This document shows, piece after piece, positions 10,041 through 21,453 of a DNA stretch of 57,816 nucleotides. The stretch's first letter is position 1. Each line of letters opens with the position of its first letter. Source of the DNA: Candidatus Omnitrophota bacterium (GTDB lineage: Bacteria; Omnitrophota; Gorgyraeia; B26-G9); assembly GCA_016213925.1 (NCBI GenBank), contig JACQZH010000042.1, positions 1-57,816 of the forward strand, given 5' to 3'. Below the pieces are notes generated by a model. That model saw nothing but the letters and a program-made list of their open reading frames with translations, was not told where the DNA came from and searched no databases. The position numbers were made by a program, and so were the translations under genes.

Positions 10041-11183
10041 CTACTTGAAAGCTTTCTTTATCTTCTCACTAATAGTCTCGTTTCTAAAATCTTCTCCGCT
10101 AAGCTTTGCAAATTCCAGCAATAGTTTTTTCTGCTGCGCGTTCAAATCCGTCGGCACAGTAATATGGACTTTTACATATTGATCGCCTTTGCCATAACCA
10201 TGCAGGTCAGCAAAACCTTTTCCGCTTATTCTGAAAACCTTCTCGCTTTGAGTGCCTGCAGGAATTTTCATATTAATTTTTTCTTTAAAAAGCGTCGGAA
10301 CTTCGATCTCAGTACCTAATGCCGCTTCCACAAAAGATATCGGCACCTTACAATAAACATCATTTTGGTGGCGTTCGAAAATTTCATGCTGCTTTAAATT
10401 GATTAAAATATATAAGTCCCCGTGCGGCCCGTTCTTTGTCCCGGCTTCGCCCTCTGAACGTACACGCAGATGAGAACCAGAATCAACGCCAGCAGGAACT
10501 TTTACATTTATCTTCCTTTCCACTGGTGTTTTTCCTGATCCGCGGCAGGTTTTACAAGGATTTTTTATTATAACGCCTTCCCCCCGGCAACTATCACAAG
10601 TACGCGCTATAGTGAAAAATCCGGCAGACTGTCCTACTTGCCCTGCTCCGCGGCAAGTCGGACACGTAGTCTTCTTAGTGCCCGGTTCAGCTCCCTCTCC
10701 ATCGCAGGATGAGCAAAGTTCACGCCTGTTAATAACTATTGTTTTTTCTATGCCTGAAGCCGCTTCTTCAAAAGTAAGCCCAAGTTCATACTCTAAATCT
10801 GCGCCGCGGCTTGCTCCGCTACGCCTGCGCCTTCCCGAAGAAGAGCCTCCTCCTGAAAAAAGCTCTTCAAAAATACTCCCGCCAAAACCGAGGTCTTCAA
10901 AAATAGAACTAAAATCAGCACCGCGGAATATATCTTCAGAACTATATTGATTATTTATCCCCGCGTGTCCAAAGCGGTCATACTGCGCGCGCTTATTTGT
11001 ATCTGTCAATACTGCGTAAGCCTCGGATATTTCTTTAAACTGCTCTTCTGCTTCCTTGCGTTTTTCCGAAGAGACCCTGTCCGGATGATACTTCATCGCA
11101 AGCTTGCGGTATGATTTTTTTATTTCATCAACAGAAGCATCTTTATTTACGCCAAGAATCTCATAATAATCCCGTTTAGTCAT
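10041..11183 (-). CDS. dnaJ: chaperone DnaJ
   Basis: J-domain with HPD and four CxxCxGxG repeats. Confidence 0.98.
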   Translation of the reverse strand: MTKRDYYEILGVNKDASVDEIKKSYRKLAMKYHPDRVSSEKRKEAEEQFKEISEAYAVLTDTNKRAQYDRFGHAGINNQYSSEDIFRGADFSSIFEDLGFGGSIFEELFSGGGSSSGRRRRSGASRGADLEYELGLTFEEAASGIEKTIVINRRELCSSCDGEGAEPGTKKTTCPTCRGAGQVGQSAGFFTIARTCDSCRGEGVIIKNPCKTCRGSGKTPVERKINVKVPAGVDSGSHLRVRSEGEAGTKNGPHGDLYILINLKQHEIFERHQNDVYCKVPISFVEAALGTEIEVPTLFKEKINMKIPAGTQSEKVFRISGKGFADLHGYGKGDQYVKVHITVPTDLNAQQKKLLLEFAKLSGEDFRNETISEKIKKAFK

Positions 11184-11267
11184 AATAATATCTGGGGTTA
11201 TGGGAATAGGGTTAAGGGAATAGTTGTATTTTTATATACCCTATCCCCTAATCCCTTTACCCTGTTT

Positions 11268-13157
11268 TTATTTTTTATCCTCATCTTCAACATTAAATTC
11301 GGCATCAACAATATCTTCTTCTTTGTTTTTGCCGGAATCCGCTTCTTGTTCAGGCGATGGCTGCGCTTTTTGCTGTGTTTTCCCTGATTTCTGCTGCTGT
11401 GCAGCAGACTGAGCTTTGTACACCGCTTCGGCAAGTTTATGCGAAGCCTGCGTCAGCTCTTCACTTGCTTTTTTAATCTTTTCAGTATCCCCTGTTTTGA
11501 TTTCATCTTTTAACACAGCCAGCTTTTTCTCAATCGCTTCTTTCTCCTGCGCGTTAACTTTGTCTCCGAAATCCTTTAATGATTTCTCCGTACTGTAAGC
11601 AAGCGCATCCGCCTGATTTTTTACTTCAACTTCTTCTTTTTTCCTTTTATCTTCTTCGGCAAACTTTTCCGCATCTTTAACCATTCTCTGGATCTCTTCC
11701 TCGGAAAGTTTTTTCGGAGCGGTGATTTTAATTGATTGCTCTTTTCCTGTGCCAAGATCTTTTGCCGAAACATGCACAATACCATTGGCATCAATATCAA
11801 AACCTACTTCAATTTGCGGGATCCCGCGCGGTGCCGGCGGAATACCAACCAGGTTAAACCGGCCTAACTCAACGTTATCATTAGCCATTTGCCTTTCACC
11901 CTGCAGAACCCTAATCGTAACTTCTGTCTGGTTATCCGCGGCAGTTGAAAATATCTGGCTTTTCTTAGTCGGAATCGTTGTATTGCGTTCAATAAGCTTG
12001 GTGCATACGCTGCCTAATGTTTCTATCCCTAGGGATAAAGGCGTAACATCAAGCAAAAGCACGTCTTTAACCTCTCCTTTAATGATTCCAGCCTGAATTG
12101 CCGCGCCCATTGCCACGCATTCCATCGGGTCCACGCCTCCTTCGATCTTTGTGCCGATAACATCTTCGACAAACTTTTGCACAATCGGCATACGTGTCGG
12201 GCCGCCAACCATAATAATCTTGTTTATATCACGAACAGCTATTTTCGAATCCTTAATCGCCGCTTCAACCGGCCCCCTGCAGCGTTCGATAATCGGGCTA
12301 ATCAATTCTTCAAGTTTTGCCCGGTTAATACTCATAGTTAAATGTTTCGGCCCGCTGGAATCCGCGGTGATAAAGGGAAGATTAATATCAGTTGTTACCG
12401 TGCTTGAAAGCTCTATCTTTGCTTTCTCCGCCGCTTCGCGTAAACGCTGCACAGCCATTTTATCGCCGCGCAGGTCTATACCGCTTTCTTTCTTAAATTG
12501 CAAAGCAATATAATCAATAAGCACATTATCCATATCCGTACCGCCAAGCTGCGTATCGCCGTGTGTTGACTTTACCTCAAAAACTCCTTCAGCCATTTCC
12601 ATGATAGTAACATCAAGCGTACCCCCGCCTAAATCAAAAACAAGGATTTTCTGCTCTTTTTTAGTTTTGTCCAATCCGTATGCTAAACAAGCGGCAGTAG
12701 GCTCATTTATTATTCTTAAAACCTTAAGCCCTGCAATTTCTCCGGCATCCTTGGTCGCCTGGCGCTGATTATCGTCAAAATAAGCCGGACAAGTAATTAC
12801 CGCTTCCTCAACTTTATCTCCAAGATACGACTCGGAATCTTCTTTGATCTTCTGCAGAATAAACGCTGATATCTGCTGTGGTGTATATTTTTTTCCATAC
12901 GCTTCAAATTTAAAGTCCGTACCCATTTTTCTTTTCGCCGCGATAATTGTACCCTGCGAATTGATTGCCGCCTGTCTGCGCGCCGGCTCACCGACTAAAC
13001 GCTGGCCGTCTTTTGTAAACGCTACATAAGAAGGGAAAGCCTTTCCTCCTCCCACAGTTGTGCCTTCCGCAGAAGGAATTATTACCGGCCTTCCGCCTTC
13101 TAAGATTGAAGCCGCTGAATTAGAAGTTCCCAAATCAATTCCGATTATTTTTGCCAT
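11268..13157 (-). CDS. dnaK: chaperone DnaK
   Basis: [15 protein letters not shown] and the substrate-binding domain. Start at ATG 13157 after GGAGG. Confidence 0.98.
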   Translation of the reverse strand: MAKIIGIDLGTSNSAASILEGGRPVIIPSAEGTTVGGGKAFPSYVAFTKDGQRLVGEPARRQAAINSQGTIIAAKRKMGTDFKFEAYGKKYTPQQISAFILQKIKEDSESYLGDKVEEAVITCPAYFDDNQRQATKDAGEIAGLKVLRIINEPTAACLAYGLDKTKKEQKILVFDLGGGTLDVTIMEMAEGVFEVKSTHGDTQLGGTDMDNVLIDYIALQFKKESGIDLRGDKMAVQRLREAAEKAKIELSSTVTTDINLPFITADSSGPKHLTMSINRAKLEELISPIIERCRGPVEAAIKDSKIAVRDINKIIMVGGPTRMPIVQKFVEDVIGTKIEGGVDPMECVAMGAAIQAGIIKGEVKDVLLLDVTPLSLGIETLGSVCTKLIERNTTIPTKKSQIFSTAADNQTEVTIRVLQGERQMANDNVELGRFNLVGIPPAPRGIPQIEVGFDIDANGIVHVSAKDLGTGKEQSIKITAPKKLSEEEIQRMVKDAEKFAEEDKRKKEEVEVKNQADALAYSTEKSLKDFGDKVNAQEKEAIEKKLAVLKDEIKTGDTEKIKKASEELTQASHKLAEAVYKAQSAAQQQKSGKTQQKAQPSPEQEADSGKNKEEDIVDAEFNVEDEDKK

Positions 13158-13324
13158 TTTTTTACCCTCCTTCAATGAGCCCCAGCTGTTTTGCATCCAC
13201 TCTTCCCTTAGCGAGAAAGCGCAGGAAGCGGCAGGAGCGAATTAATTCCGTCAATAACGGAATTTGTTAATTTTTGTATCCCATATTTTCTTTCACGCCT
13301 TCTACATCAATACTGCGTTTTTTA

Positions 13325-13806
13325 CTATTCATCCGCTTTACTTTCGCTGTCTTTTCTACCTTCTCTTTTTTTTGATACCCTTACTTTCGCCGTACGAAGA
13401 ACTCTATCATTAATCATATACCCTTTTTGCAGTTCCTCAAGCACGGTATTTTCCGGATGATCTTCAGATTCATCCTGCATCATTGCCTCATGATACCTAG
13501 GATCAAAAGTTTTTCCCAAAGCTTCTATATCCCGGACACCCTTATCCTTTAAAATCTCAAGCAAATGCTTTAAGATCATTTCTACTCCTTTATGCAATAC
13601 ATTAAAATCCTTGGTGTTGTCCGCCGCCTGAAATGCCCTTTGGAAATCATCAACAATCGGAATAAGTTCACTGATCATCTGCTCACTTGCAAACTTAATA
13701 AACATGGCTTTATCCCGCTCTAACCGTTTTCGTGAGTTTTCGAAATCAGCTTGTAAGCATCATTTTCATTATGTTTGTTATTTTTATTATTTTTCAATCC
13801 CGACAT
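13325..13806 (-). pseudogene. grpE: grpE, frameshifted by an apparent internal deletion near 13757
   Basis: The GrpE body (LQADFENSRKR...FDP..HEA...QKGY...RVLR.A.V) is preceded by an in-frame TGA at 13762-13760. The plausible start ATG at 13806 is in another frame. Confidence 0.8.
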
Positions 13807-13849
13807 ATCCCGTTTCCTAATCTGAATATTTCACGACAAAAATATCCCG

Positions 13850-14902
13850 CTAAACATTTATATCAGAAAGCACTTCACTGATTACATCTGCGACATACTG
13901 AACTGTCGCGATAGACTTTCCGTAATCCATGCGTTTGGACCCGATAATCCCTACCACACCCACAGGTTCAGCGTCAACATTATATTTTGTTAAGATAAGC
14001 GCGCAATCACTCATGGAAAACTCTTCGTTTTCTTCTCCGATAAACACTCTCACCTTATTCTGCCCGGAATCATCATCGATTACCTGCTTTACCAAAGCCT
14101 CCAAACTCAATTTTTCTTCAAAAAATTTCATTAAAGCCCGCATCATATGCAAATCTTCAAACTCGGGAAGTTCAAGTATATTACTCAACCCTTCCAGATA
14201 AAACCGCATTTTCTCATCAATAAGCGCGCTCAAATCAATGAGATCTACAGCTTGCTTCAATATATGAAAGAACGCATCACGCTCCTCGATCATCATCCGC
14301 CGTAATCTTGTCTTTACTTGAATGAGCAATTCTCCCTCAAACTGCTCATTCATGAAATTTTGTATCCTTTTTAACCTTTCCGCGTCTATTTTGGCGTCAA
14401 GTTTTATAACCGAATTCTTCGTTAATCCCGTATTTGTTATCAACGTAACGCAAATTTTTTTTTGGCTTAATGGAGTAAATTGCATTCTTTTGAAACGGCT
14501 GCGGTTTATTTGCGGCTGAGAAACCACTCCGGCGCAATGAGTAAATTCAGAAAGTATCCGCGAAGTTTTCCGGATCAATTCCTCAACTATCTGCTGCCTG
14601 GCAGCAAATTCATTACTAATACTATTCTGCTCCTGAACGGTAAGCCCGGAATATTCTAAAAGTTTGTCCACAAAAAATCTGTAGCCTTTATCCGTAGGAA
14701 TACGCCCGGCAGAAGTGTGCAAATGAGTAATAAGCCCCTGTTCTTCAAGGTCTGACATAACATTGCGCACAGAAGCAGGGCATAATCCAAGCTTATGCTT
14801 AGTACAAACTGTACGCGAGCTAACCGGATTCCCTGTCGATACATAGGTATTAATAACAATCCGTAAAATTTTTTCTCTTCTTGCTTCAACATCTACTTTC
14901 AT
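13850..14902 (-). CDS. hrcA: heat-inducible transcription repressor HrcA
   Basis: PVSS, ASVRNVM.DLE, HTSAGRIPTDKGYR, RMDY. Start at ATG 14902, downstream of CIRCE. Confidence 0.97.
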   Translation of the reverse strand: MKVDVEARREKILRIVINTYVSTGNPVSSRTVCTKHKLGLCPASVRNVMSDLEEQGLITHLHTSAGRIPTDKGYRFFVDKLLEYSGLTVQEQNSISNEFAARQQIVEELIRKTSRILSEFTHCAGVVSQPQINRSRFKRMQFTPLSQKKICVTLITNTGLTKNSVIKLDAKIDAERLKRIQNFMNEQFEGELLIQVKTRLRRMMIEERDAFFHILKQAVDLIDLSALIDEKMRFYLEGLSNILELPEFEDLHMMRALMKFFEEKLSLEALVKQVIDDDSGQNKVRVFIGEENEEFSMSDCALILTKYNVDAEPVGVVGIIGSKRMDYGKSIATVQYVADVISEVLSDINV

Positions 14903-14918
14903 CTCTATCACCAAAAAA

Positions 14919-14945
14919 TTAGCACTCTTAAACAAAGAGTGCTAA
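14919..14945. promoter_or_regulatory. CIRCE operator (HrcA binding site)
   Basis: Perfect TTAGCACTC-N9-GAGTGCTAA directly upstream of hrcA; minus-strand TTGACA at 14975-14970. Confidence 0.97.
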
Positions 14946-14971
14946 TAATATTAACATACCGCAAAAAATTG

Positions 14972-16276
14972 TCAAGGATTTTTTAGGAACTTTTCTTCGA
15001 ATTTATTATCTTTTGGCTCCAAAACATCCATACCTTTAAAAAATTTTTTAGCAATTAAAACCGGTAATTTAACCTCTAAATATACTCCGTCCAAACGGTA
15101 TTCCGAACTAATAATTTTCCCGTTTTGATGAAGAGTATTAAGCAGCTTCATATTAGTATGCGGGATAACAACCTTAATAGTTGTAGTTAAATTTAATAAC
15201 TGCGCCTCGATCCGGTCAAACAACTTATCAATATCTGTCATATATTTTGCCGAAACAGTAATACTGTTTAAGAATTTTTTCGAAAAACGCTCAAGAACAT
15301 TCTTATCTTCAACCAGGTCTATTTTATTTAAAATGTAAGTTACCGGTTTATTTTCCGCGTTTAATCTCCTTAAAACTTCCCAAATTGCGTCATTTTGCTG
15401 GTCAATCAAAAAGCTGGAAACATCCAGCACGATAAATAAAAAATCCGCCTCTGTAACAACCTCCAAAGTAGCCCGAAAAGCATCAATTAAATGATGCGGC
15501 AGGTTATGTAAAAACCCGACCGTATCGCTAATAAGTACGTTTTGCCTGCTAGCGGCAAGTTTTATCCCCTTTGTAACCGGATCAAGCGTGCTGAACATCT
15601 CATTTTTTGTTTTCACCTGCGCTCCGGTTAAAGCATTAAGCAAAGTTGATTTACCGGCATTCGTATAACCGACAAGCGCTATTGTCGGAAGAGCATTTTC
15701 TGTGCGTTTTTTCCTTATTTCAAAACGGCGGCTTTCCAGCGTCTCAATTTCTTCTTTAAGATACGCGACACGTTTACGTATCCGGCGGCGGTCTACTTCA
15801 AGCTTTTGTTCTCCAGGCCCCCTGGTACCGATCCCGCCGCCAAGGCGGGAAAGCGTAATCCCCTTTCCTGAAAGCCGCGGTAAAAGATATTGCAATTGCG
15901 CCAACTCCACCTGAAGCTTCCCTTCCTGGGTTTTGGCATGAGAAGCAAAAATATCTAATATCAGCTGAGTGCGGTCAATAGTCTTTATGCCAAGCTCTTC
16001 TTCAAGATTTCTCTGCTGAATAGGCGTTAAATCATTATTAAAAATAACAGTTTGCGCCTTTGTTGTCCGAGCTAACTGAGCAAGCTCCTGAACCTTACCT
16101 TTGCCAATATAAAAAGCAGGGGATATTTTTTTTAGATTACATTTTATATGCCCGGCAACATCAGCTCTGATAGTTTTCGTAAGCAAGTTTAATTCTTCGC
16201 TTAATTCCTCTAATGTCCAGGCCTGCTCCTTATTCGCCAGCTTAACCGTAACAAGTATGACTTTTTCCATAATCAA
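14972..16276 (-). CDS. hflX: GTPase HflX
   Basis: [33 protein letters not shown]. Confidence 0.97.
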   Translation of the reverse strand: MIMEKVILVTVKLANKEQAWTLEELSEELNLLTKTIRADVAGHIKCNLKKISPAFYIGKGKVQELAQLARTTKAQTVIFNNDLTPIQQRNLEEELGIKTIDRTQLILDIFASHAKTQEGKLQVELAQLQYLLPRLSGKGITLSRLGGGIGTRGPGEQKLEVDRRRIRKRVAYLKEEIETLESRRFEIRKKRTENALPTIALVGYTNAGKSTLLNALTGAQVKTKNEMFSTLDPVTKGIKLAASRQNVLISDTVGFLHNLPHHLIDAFRATLEVVTEADFLFIVLDVSSFLIDQQNDAIWEVLRRLNAENKPVTYILNKIDLVEDKNVLERFSKKFLNSITVSAKYMTDIDKLFDRIEAQLLNLTTTIKVVIPHTNMKLLNTLHQNGKIISSEYRLDGVYLEVKLPVLIAKKFFKGMDVLEPKDNKFEEKFLKNP

Positions 16277-16303
16277 TTTTTCTTAGTAGATACCACCGAA
16301 ATT

Positions 16304-17716
16304 TTACTTTTCAATAATCTTAATAATCGCCTCAGCAATATTTTCCGCTATTATTGCGTATCCTTCTTTTGTGCAATGATGGTCATCAGCTAAAATAAAA
16401 TATCTGCTGCGCTTTTGCCCGGCCAGATTTTTTTTAAAAACAGCGCTGTTATCCACCAAAGACACTTTATATTTTTCAGCAACACTTTTAACCGCCGCAA
16501 ACGACTGCTCCGGATAATCGGAAAAAATTAACTCAATATTGCGAGTACGGCAAATTTGAGCAACATTAGTTAGATTATTATACATATTTTCCTGCACATA
16601 GTCATCAATATTCAATCGCGGATTTTCCCTTGCAATCTTTTCAACCATTCGCATTTTAGCTGTTTTTTTACCTATCTTTCCCAGGGCTTTATTATAATAA
16701 ATTCTCGTATAAATCGATTCGTTATCCGGATCCAATTCCAACGCTTTCTCATAGTAAAAAATAACGCTTCCGTAATCTCCTTTTAGATAACAGTAGTCGG
16801 CAAACGCAATAAAACTTCCCAAGAGCCTTTTCTTAACAAAAGTATTCCGCGGGAAAAAACCATATATAGACTCATAAAAACTCACTTGCTCTTTGAATTT
16901 TTTCTGGTTTACAAAAATATCATCCAATTCAAAATATACCTCTTCAAATTCAGGCTCTGAAAATAATGCCTTCCTTAATACGCTAATTGCTTCTTCGTAC
17001 CTATTCATAAGTTTATAAAGGCGCCCCAACTCTAGCAAAACCAACGCATCCCATCCTTTTATAAACATCGCCTGTTTATAAATACGTTCCGCGTTTTTAA
17101 AATCATGTTTTTCCCTGAAATCATTCGCTTGCGCTATTAATTTGTTGATATCATCCTGCTTTAAAAAGAAATGCTTGCGCCCTTGGGAATACTCTTGCGC
17201 TATTAAACAATACTTTAAGTTATTCATAGTAACTGCAGTTAACTTAAGCAATTTAAAATTAGCCATTATTATCTTCACTCTAACATCCCAGTTATCCGCT
17301 CCAGCCCCGCTTTCAAAATTCCAGCTGTCGTTTGCTCCAACAAGCACCACGACAAAATCAGGAGATATTTTACCAAGCATATTTTTAAGCTTATTTAGGA
17401 CAAAAGCAGAATTTGCTCCGGAAACTCCCAGATTATATACCTTGAATTTTTCTTTTTGGAATTTTTTATTCAGCATTTCTTCAAGTTGAGCAGGGTAAGC
17501 ATTTTCAAATCCCGCGCCTATCCCATAAGTAAAGGAATCGCCAAGACATACTATAGTCCTGATATTTTTATTAAGCGGAGAAAATGAATAGCGAGGCAGC
17601 CATAAACGTTCTGCGGTAAAGCTCGCCAAGCGTAAAATAATCTCAAGCAAAATCAACGCAAAAATAGAACCTAAAAAAAATACCCAAAACTTATTTTTAA
17701 CTTTGTTTTCCCTCAT
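16304..17716 (-). CDS. SGNH/GDSL hydrolase with inserted TPR repeats and an N-terminal TM helix
   Basis: GDSFTYG, NLG..G, GAND and C-terminal D.HH motifs; TPR-like helices in the middle. Confidence 0.85.
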   Translation of the reverse strand: MRENKVKNKFWVFFLGSIFALILLEIILRLASFTAERLWLPRYSFSPLNKNIRTIVCLGDSFTYGIGAGFENAYPAQLEEMLNKKFQKEKFKVYNLGVSGANSAFVLNKLKNMLGKISPDFVVVLVGANDSWNFESGAGADNWDVRVKIIMANFKLLKLTAVTMNNLKYCLIAQEYSQGRKHFFLKQDDINKLIAQANDFREKHDFKNAERIYKQAMFIKGWDALVLLELGRLYKLMNRYEEAISVLRKALFSEPEFEEVYFELDDIFVNQKKFKEQVSFYESIYGFFPRNTFVKKRLLGSFIAFADYCYLKGDYGSVIFYYEKALELDPDNESIYTRIYYNKALGKIGKKTAKMRMVEKIARENPRLNIDDYVQENMYNNLTNVAQICRTRNIELIFSDYPEQSFAAVKSVAEKYKVSLVDNSAVFKKNLAGQKRSRYFILADDHHCTKEGYAIIAENIAEAIIKIIEK

Positions 17717-17895
17717 GCTTGAAAATCATTATATTACATATCGACAATAAATTACAACCTAAAGGAAGGCTTATCTATTCTTATTTTGATTTTTGATATT
17801 ATGAATCAAAAATTGCAGGCTATACAAACCTTACATGCTTTTGATTTTTAGCTTTTGGTTTTTTGATTTTTAGTTTAGCATTACTATCAGCGAAA

Positions 17896-20800
17896 TCATA
17901 TCGCCTGTTCAACATACCCATAAGTACCTACAATCTCCGGTTTTAGGGTAATTACGTTAATTCCTTGCGTCGTGTCATCATTAAGCGCGCCATTATCATT
18001 TACTGATACTTTAAATAATCCAATATCGTCTTTTAACCTTTGAAATCTTGCCTGCATCCCTTGCTCTTTTAAAAGCCCGCTCAAAACCTTTTCCCAGCTT
18101 CCATTTTCGGCAATTTTTTCGTCCTTACGTACCTGCTCATACAGCTGTCTCAAAACCAAAGTTAAATCATTTTCATCTTTTCTAGAAAGAAACTCAAGCA
18201 ATTTAAGCCATATGCTAAACGCTTCAAAATCACCCCATTGATGCCCGGCTTTCTCTTTTAAAAAAAGAGGAAGCATTATATTTACTAACCGCGCCCTTTG
18301 TATCTGCGCTTTCAATGATTCGATTGTTTCATCAATAATATCATAATCAAAAGGATAGCTCAGCGTTTGATCCGGCTTCCCTGAAAACCGTTTTTTAATA
18401 TATGCCCAAAGGTAAGCCGCTTTATTCGCAGGTAAATGCTTTCTAACCTGCGCTTCATAATATTCCTGCAGTTCTGGCCACTTTCCAAGGCTCGGATAAT
18501 CCCGCCAAATCCTCAAAATTTCCGAAATATCGCGGGTATCAAGCAAGTTAATACGCTCTTTAAGCTGCTCCTCGTCATTTATTGAATCATCAAAATATAG
18601 ATAATAAGGATACCCTTCTACAGCTCTAATAACTCCAAGCTCATTTAATTTTTCAATAATCCTCTCATCTAAAAACTCTCCGGAAGGGATGCGCCTTTTG
18701 GTAACCTTATCCCAGTCATACTTGGCAGGCGTATAATCTAAGGGATTTGCCGTAACATGGTAAAGCCTGTTTAACTCAAGCAATCTATTACCGTTTTCAA
18801 TAATTTGCCGAAAAGCATAATTACCCATATTAGAATCCAGCGGGACAACATTTCCTATCATATTTTTTTCCAATTCAATATATTTATCTATATCGCTTTT
18901 AGCTTTCAGCAAATCATTGGCGCGTTTTCTATTCACCAAATCATGTATTGCGGACCTGGAAACATTAGATAACGCCATAAACTTACGCACATTTCGCTCT
19001 ATAGCGCCTTTTTCATTTGCCGGTATTGACTTCTTATTTTCAAGGACTATTATATCCCTCGGGACAATATTTCCTCCCATACGCGGCTGCAGCACATTAT
19101 AAAAAAAAGGCTCATAATACTTTTCGAAGTAATCCATATCAACTGCCGCTTCATAATTAATCCCTTGCTCATATTTATGCACCGAAAAAAACTTATCAAA
19201 ATCCATATGTATTACCGGCGATAAAAAATCCGTGATACATCTTAATAAATTTATCAGAAAACCTTTTTGAGGCATTCTTTTATTAACCTTATCAGTTATA
19301 AACTTCCAAATCTTCAACTTCAACGCAGAGGAATAAAATAAAGGTTCTCTTGAATTACTCAGCAACTTACCTCCTTCATACCAGTCTTTTCCGCTTAACT
19401 TTTTTCTTATCGCTTCCCATTCGTGAGTATTCAGCGCGTCCCTAAACTCATCAAGGTCATCAAATCCAAGTTCTTTAAGAAACGCCTTTGCTTTAGCGTC
19501 TTCTAAAGAAGCTATTTCATTAAGCATAAATAAAACCTCTTCAATACTCATTGCCATTAAACCAAATTCGCAATTATTCTCCCATTCAATTATAAACGGC
19601 TCTTCTGTATACTGCAGCAGGAAACGCTGCGCAAGAAGCTTCGCTGTCTGCCCTTTGCCTTTCTGGCTTTTTCCCCTTTTAGCGACACGGAAGAAACGTA
19701 TTTTATTTAAACAGCACACAATCACTGATATCATTCTTTTGTTTATTTTTTCACCAGCGGTAATTCCAATGCCTTCGGCAAAAATTACTCGGGAACCGGG
19801 AATAACTCTTTCTTTGAGAAATACCTGTTTGCCTATCTCTAAGTCAATGGAATAAGTCCTGATAAGCAGCACATCTTTGCCCCAATCCTGCTTTTCATAA
19901 ATATGCGGTACTTCATTTATATAAAGCACTACATTTTCCCTATCCTGTCCGCAGCGAATATTTAGGGTTGCAAACTCCAGGCTTTGAAGCTTATCCGTTT
20001 TATATATAATTCGCGGGCTTCCATCAGGAGCAAATGCCATTGAAATCACTTCAGCGCCGTGCGTAATATTGCCGATATTGTCTTTTCTTACAATCTCCGG
20101 AATTTCAGTCCATATCTTTTTTGCATCTTCTTCTACTATAAATTCACTCATTTTCCTTCTAATACCTCTTCGGTCAACATATTCCGCTTCCCCCAGGGAT
20201 AGATAATGTTTTTCTTCCCTGCCAATTCCCTCACTTCTGACCGCGAAACTCGTTTCACCCAATTCAAGGCCGGCATATTGCTTATTTTGGCTATCTTTCA
20301 GCTGCGATTGCCAAACTCCGCTGTCCGCGGAAGAAACCCATCTTAATGTTTCTCCTCCGATATAAATCACTATATAATTGTTTTCATCTAATCCTATTTT
20401 TACCACACCTGAAAGCTTCGTATCATACGCTGTCCTTAACGCAACATCTCCTTTTAATAAAGCAGACAAAGTCCGATCATTTTGTTCCATATCAAATTTT
20501 TCCGTCACTACTTCCGTAGTTTGCCCGATAAAACTGCCTTTATTGTCTCTATACGAAGTCTTTTCCCAAAGCTGCCAGATAGCATCTATATCCATACTGT
20601 TAAAACCGCAGCCGCTTAATTTATTTTTGAATTTTCGCTCCAATTGCGCGTTATCCAAAATTAGCTGGGCAATTTTCCCCTTTCTTTTTATATCCGCATC
20701 ATCGATCACACCTTCTAAAAGCCAGAAAGCATAATTCTCATCACTGGCATCTGTTCTTATAAACTGATTTTCCTGCAGTTTTTTAAAATACTCCGGAGTA

Positions 20801-21453
20801 AAATACATCTTAACCGGACGGCCAAAATATATCTGCCTGTCGCTATTTTGTCTTAAATTATGGTCAAATTTCTCCAGCTCCGGTTTTACGAGATAGCCTA
20901 TTCGCCTGATTTTAGTTAACATCCTTTCTATCGTAAATGTCTTTCCGGTGCCGCCTTTTCCTACAAAACCAATTACTTTAGGGCGTTTAAAATAATTTCC
21001 CCTCTTCTCTTTAGGCACTTTTTTTTCTCTTCCTTCAAGCTCCTTTATCGCGTTTATTATTTTTTGCAAAATTGTGGAAAATGAATCTCTGCCTGTTACT
21101 GACTCGGAAATTTTATCCAGCTTCCTCACAAAACCATCAGCAATTCCTTCGGCAATTTTTTCTAAACCGTCTTTAATTTGAAGAACACTATCATCAAAAC
21201 CAAAGAGGCTGTTTGATCCTTTTTGGCTGGAAGAAAGATTCACGAAATCTTTTTCAGGGTTTTTGAATATCCTTTGCAAAAAAACCGCATCCATGCGCAA
21301 TTGAGGAGACAATGTGGCACTTAGATTATTTTTTTTAAATTCAAACGATTCAATATCCGCACCGCAGGAATACGGCAGGAAATCAAGCAAAAGAAAAGCA
21401 TATATTACCAGAATTACCGTGGGTTTTAAAAATTTATTCTTCATATTTCCCAA
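17896..21453 (-). CDS. large signal-peptide protein containing a P-loop kinase-like (uridine kinase/PRK-like) domain
   Basis: N-terminal hydrophobic segment; VIGFVGKGGTGKT Walker A; KFD, AYD and VIFAEGI motifs separated by long inserts. Confidence 0.6.
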   Translation of the reverse strand: MGNMKNKFLKPTVILVIYAFLLLDFLPYSCGADIESFEFKKNNLSATLSPQLRMDAVFLQRIFKNPEKDFVNLSSSQKGSNSLFGFDDSVLQIKDGLEKIAEGIADGFVRKLDKISESVTGRDSFSTILQKIINAIKELEGREKKVPKEKRGNYFKRPKVIGFVGKGGTGKTFTIERMLTKIRRIGYLVKPELEKFDHNLRQNSDRQIYFGRPVKMYFTPEYFKKLQENQFIRTDASDENYAFWLLEGVIDDADIKRKGKIAQLILDNAQLERKFKNKLSGCGFNSMDIDAIWQLWEKTSYRDNKGSFIGQTTEVVTEKFDMEQNDRTLSALLKGDVALRTAYDTKLSGVVKIGLDENNYIVIYIGGETLRWVSSADSGVWQSQLKDSQNKQYAGLELGETSFAVRSEGIGREEKHYLSLGEAEYVDRRGIRRKMSEFIVEEDAKKIWTEIPEIVRKDNIGNITHGAEVISMAFAPDGSPRIIYKTDKLQSLEFATLNIRCGQDRENVVLYINEVPHIYEKQDWGKDVLLIRTYSIDLEIGKQVFLKERVIPGSRVIFAEGIGITAGEKINKRMISVIVCCLNKIRFFRVAKRGKSQKGKGQTAKLLAQRFLLQYTEEPFIIEWENNCEFGLMAMSIEEVLFMLNEIASLEDAKAKAFLKELGFDDLDEFRDALNTHEWEAIRKKLSGKDWYEGGKLLSNSREPLFYSSALKLKIWKFITDKVNKRMPQKGFLINLLRCITDFLSPVIHMDFDKFFSVHKYEQGINYEAAVDMDYFEKYYEPFFYNVLQPRMGGNIVPRDIIVLENKKSIPANEKGAIERNVRKFMALSNVSRSAIHDLVNRKRANDLLKAKSDIDKYIELEKNMIGNVVPLDSNMGNYAFRQIIENGNRLLELNRLYHVTANPLDYTPAKYDWDKVTKRRIPSGEFLDERIIEKLNELGVIRAVEGYPYYLYFDDSINDEEQLKERINLLDTRDISEILRIWRDYPSLGKWPELQEYYEAQVRKHLPANKAAYLWAYIKKRFSGKPDQTLSYPFDYDIIDETIESLKAQIQRARLVNIMLPLFLKEKAGHQWGDFEAFSIWLKLLEFLSRKDENDLTLVLRQLYEQVRKDEKIAENGSWEKVLSGLLKEQGMQARFQRLKDDIGLFKVSVNDNGALNDDTTQGINVITLKPEIVGTYGYVEQAI

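Noticed and set aside
13200-13265. Hairpins between grpE and dnaK as a regulatory RNA
   Set aside because: Short stems (AATTCCGT/ACGGAATT) only; no family motif and no second CIRCE.
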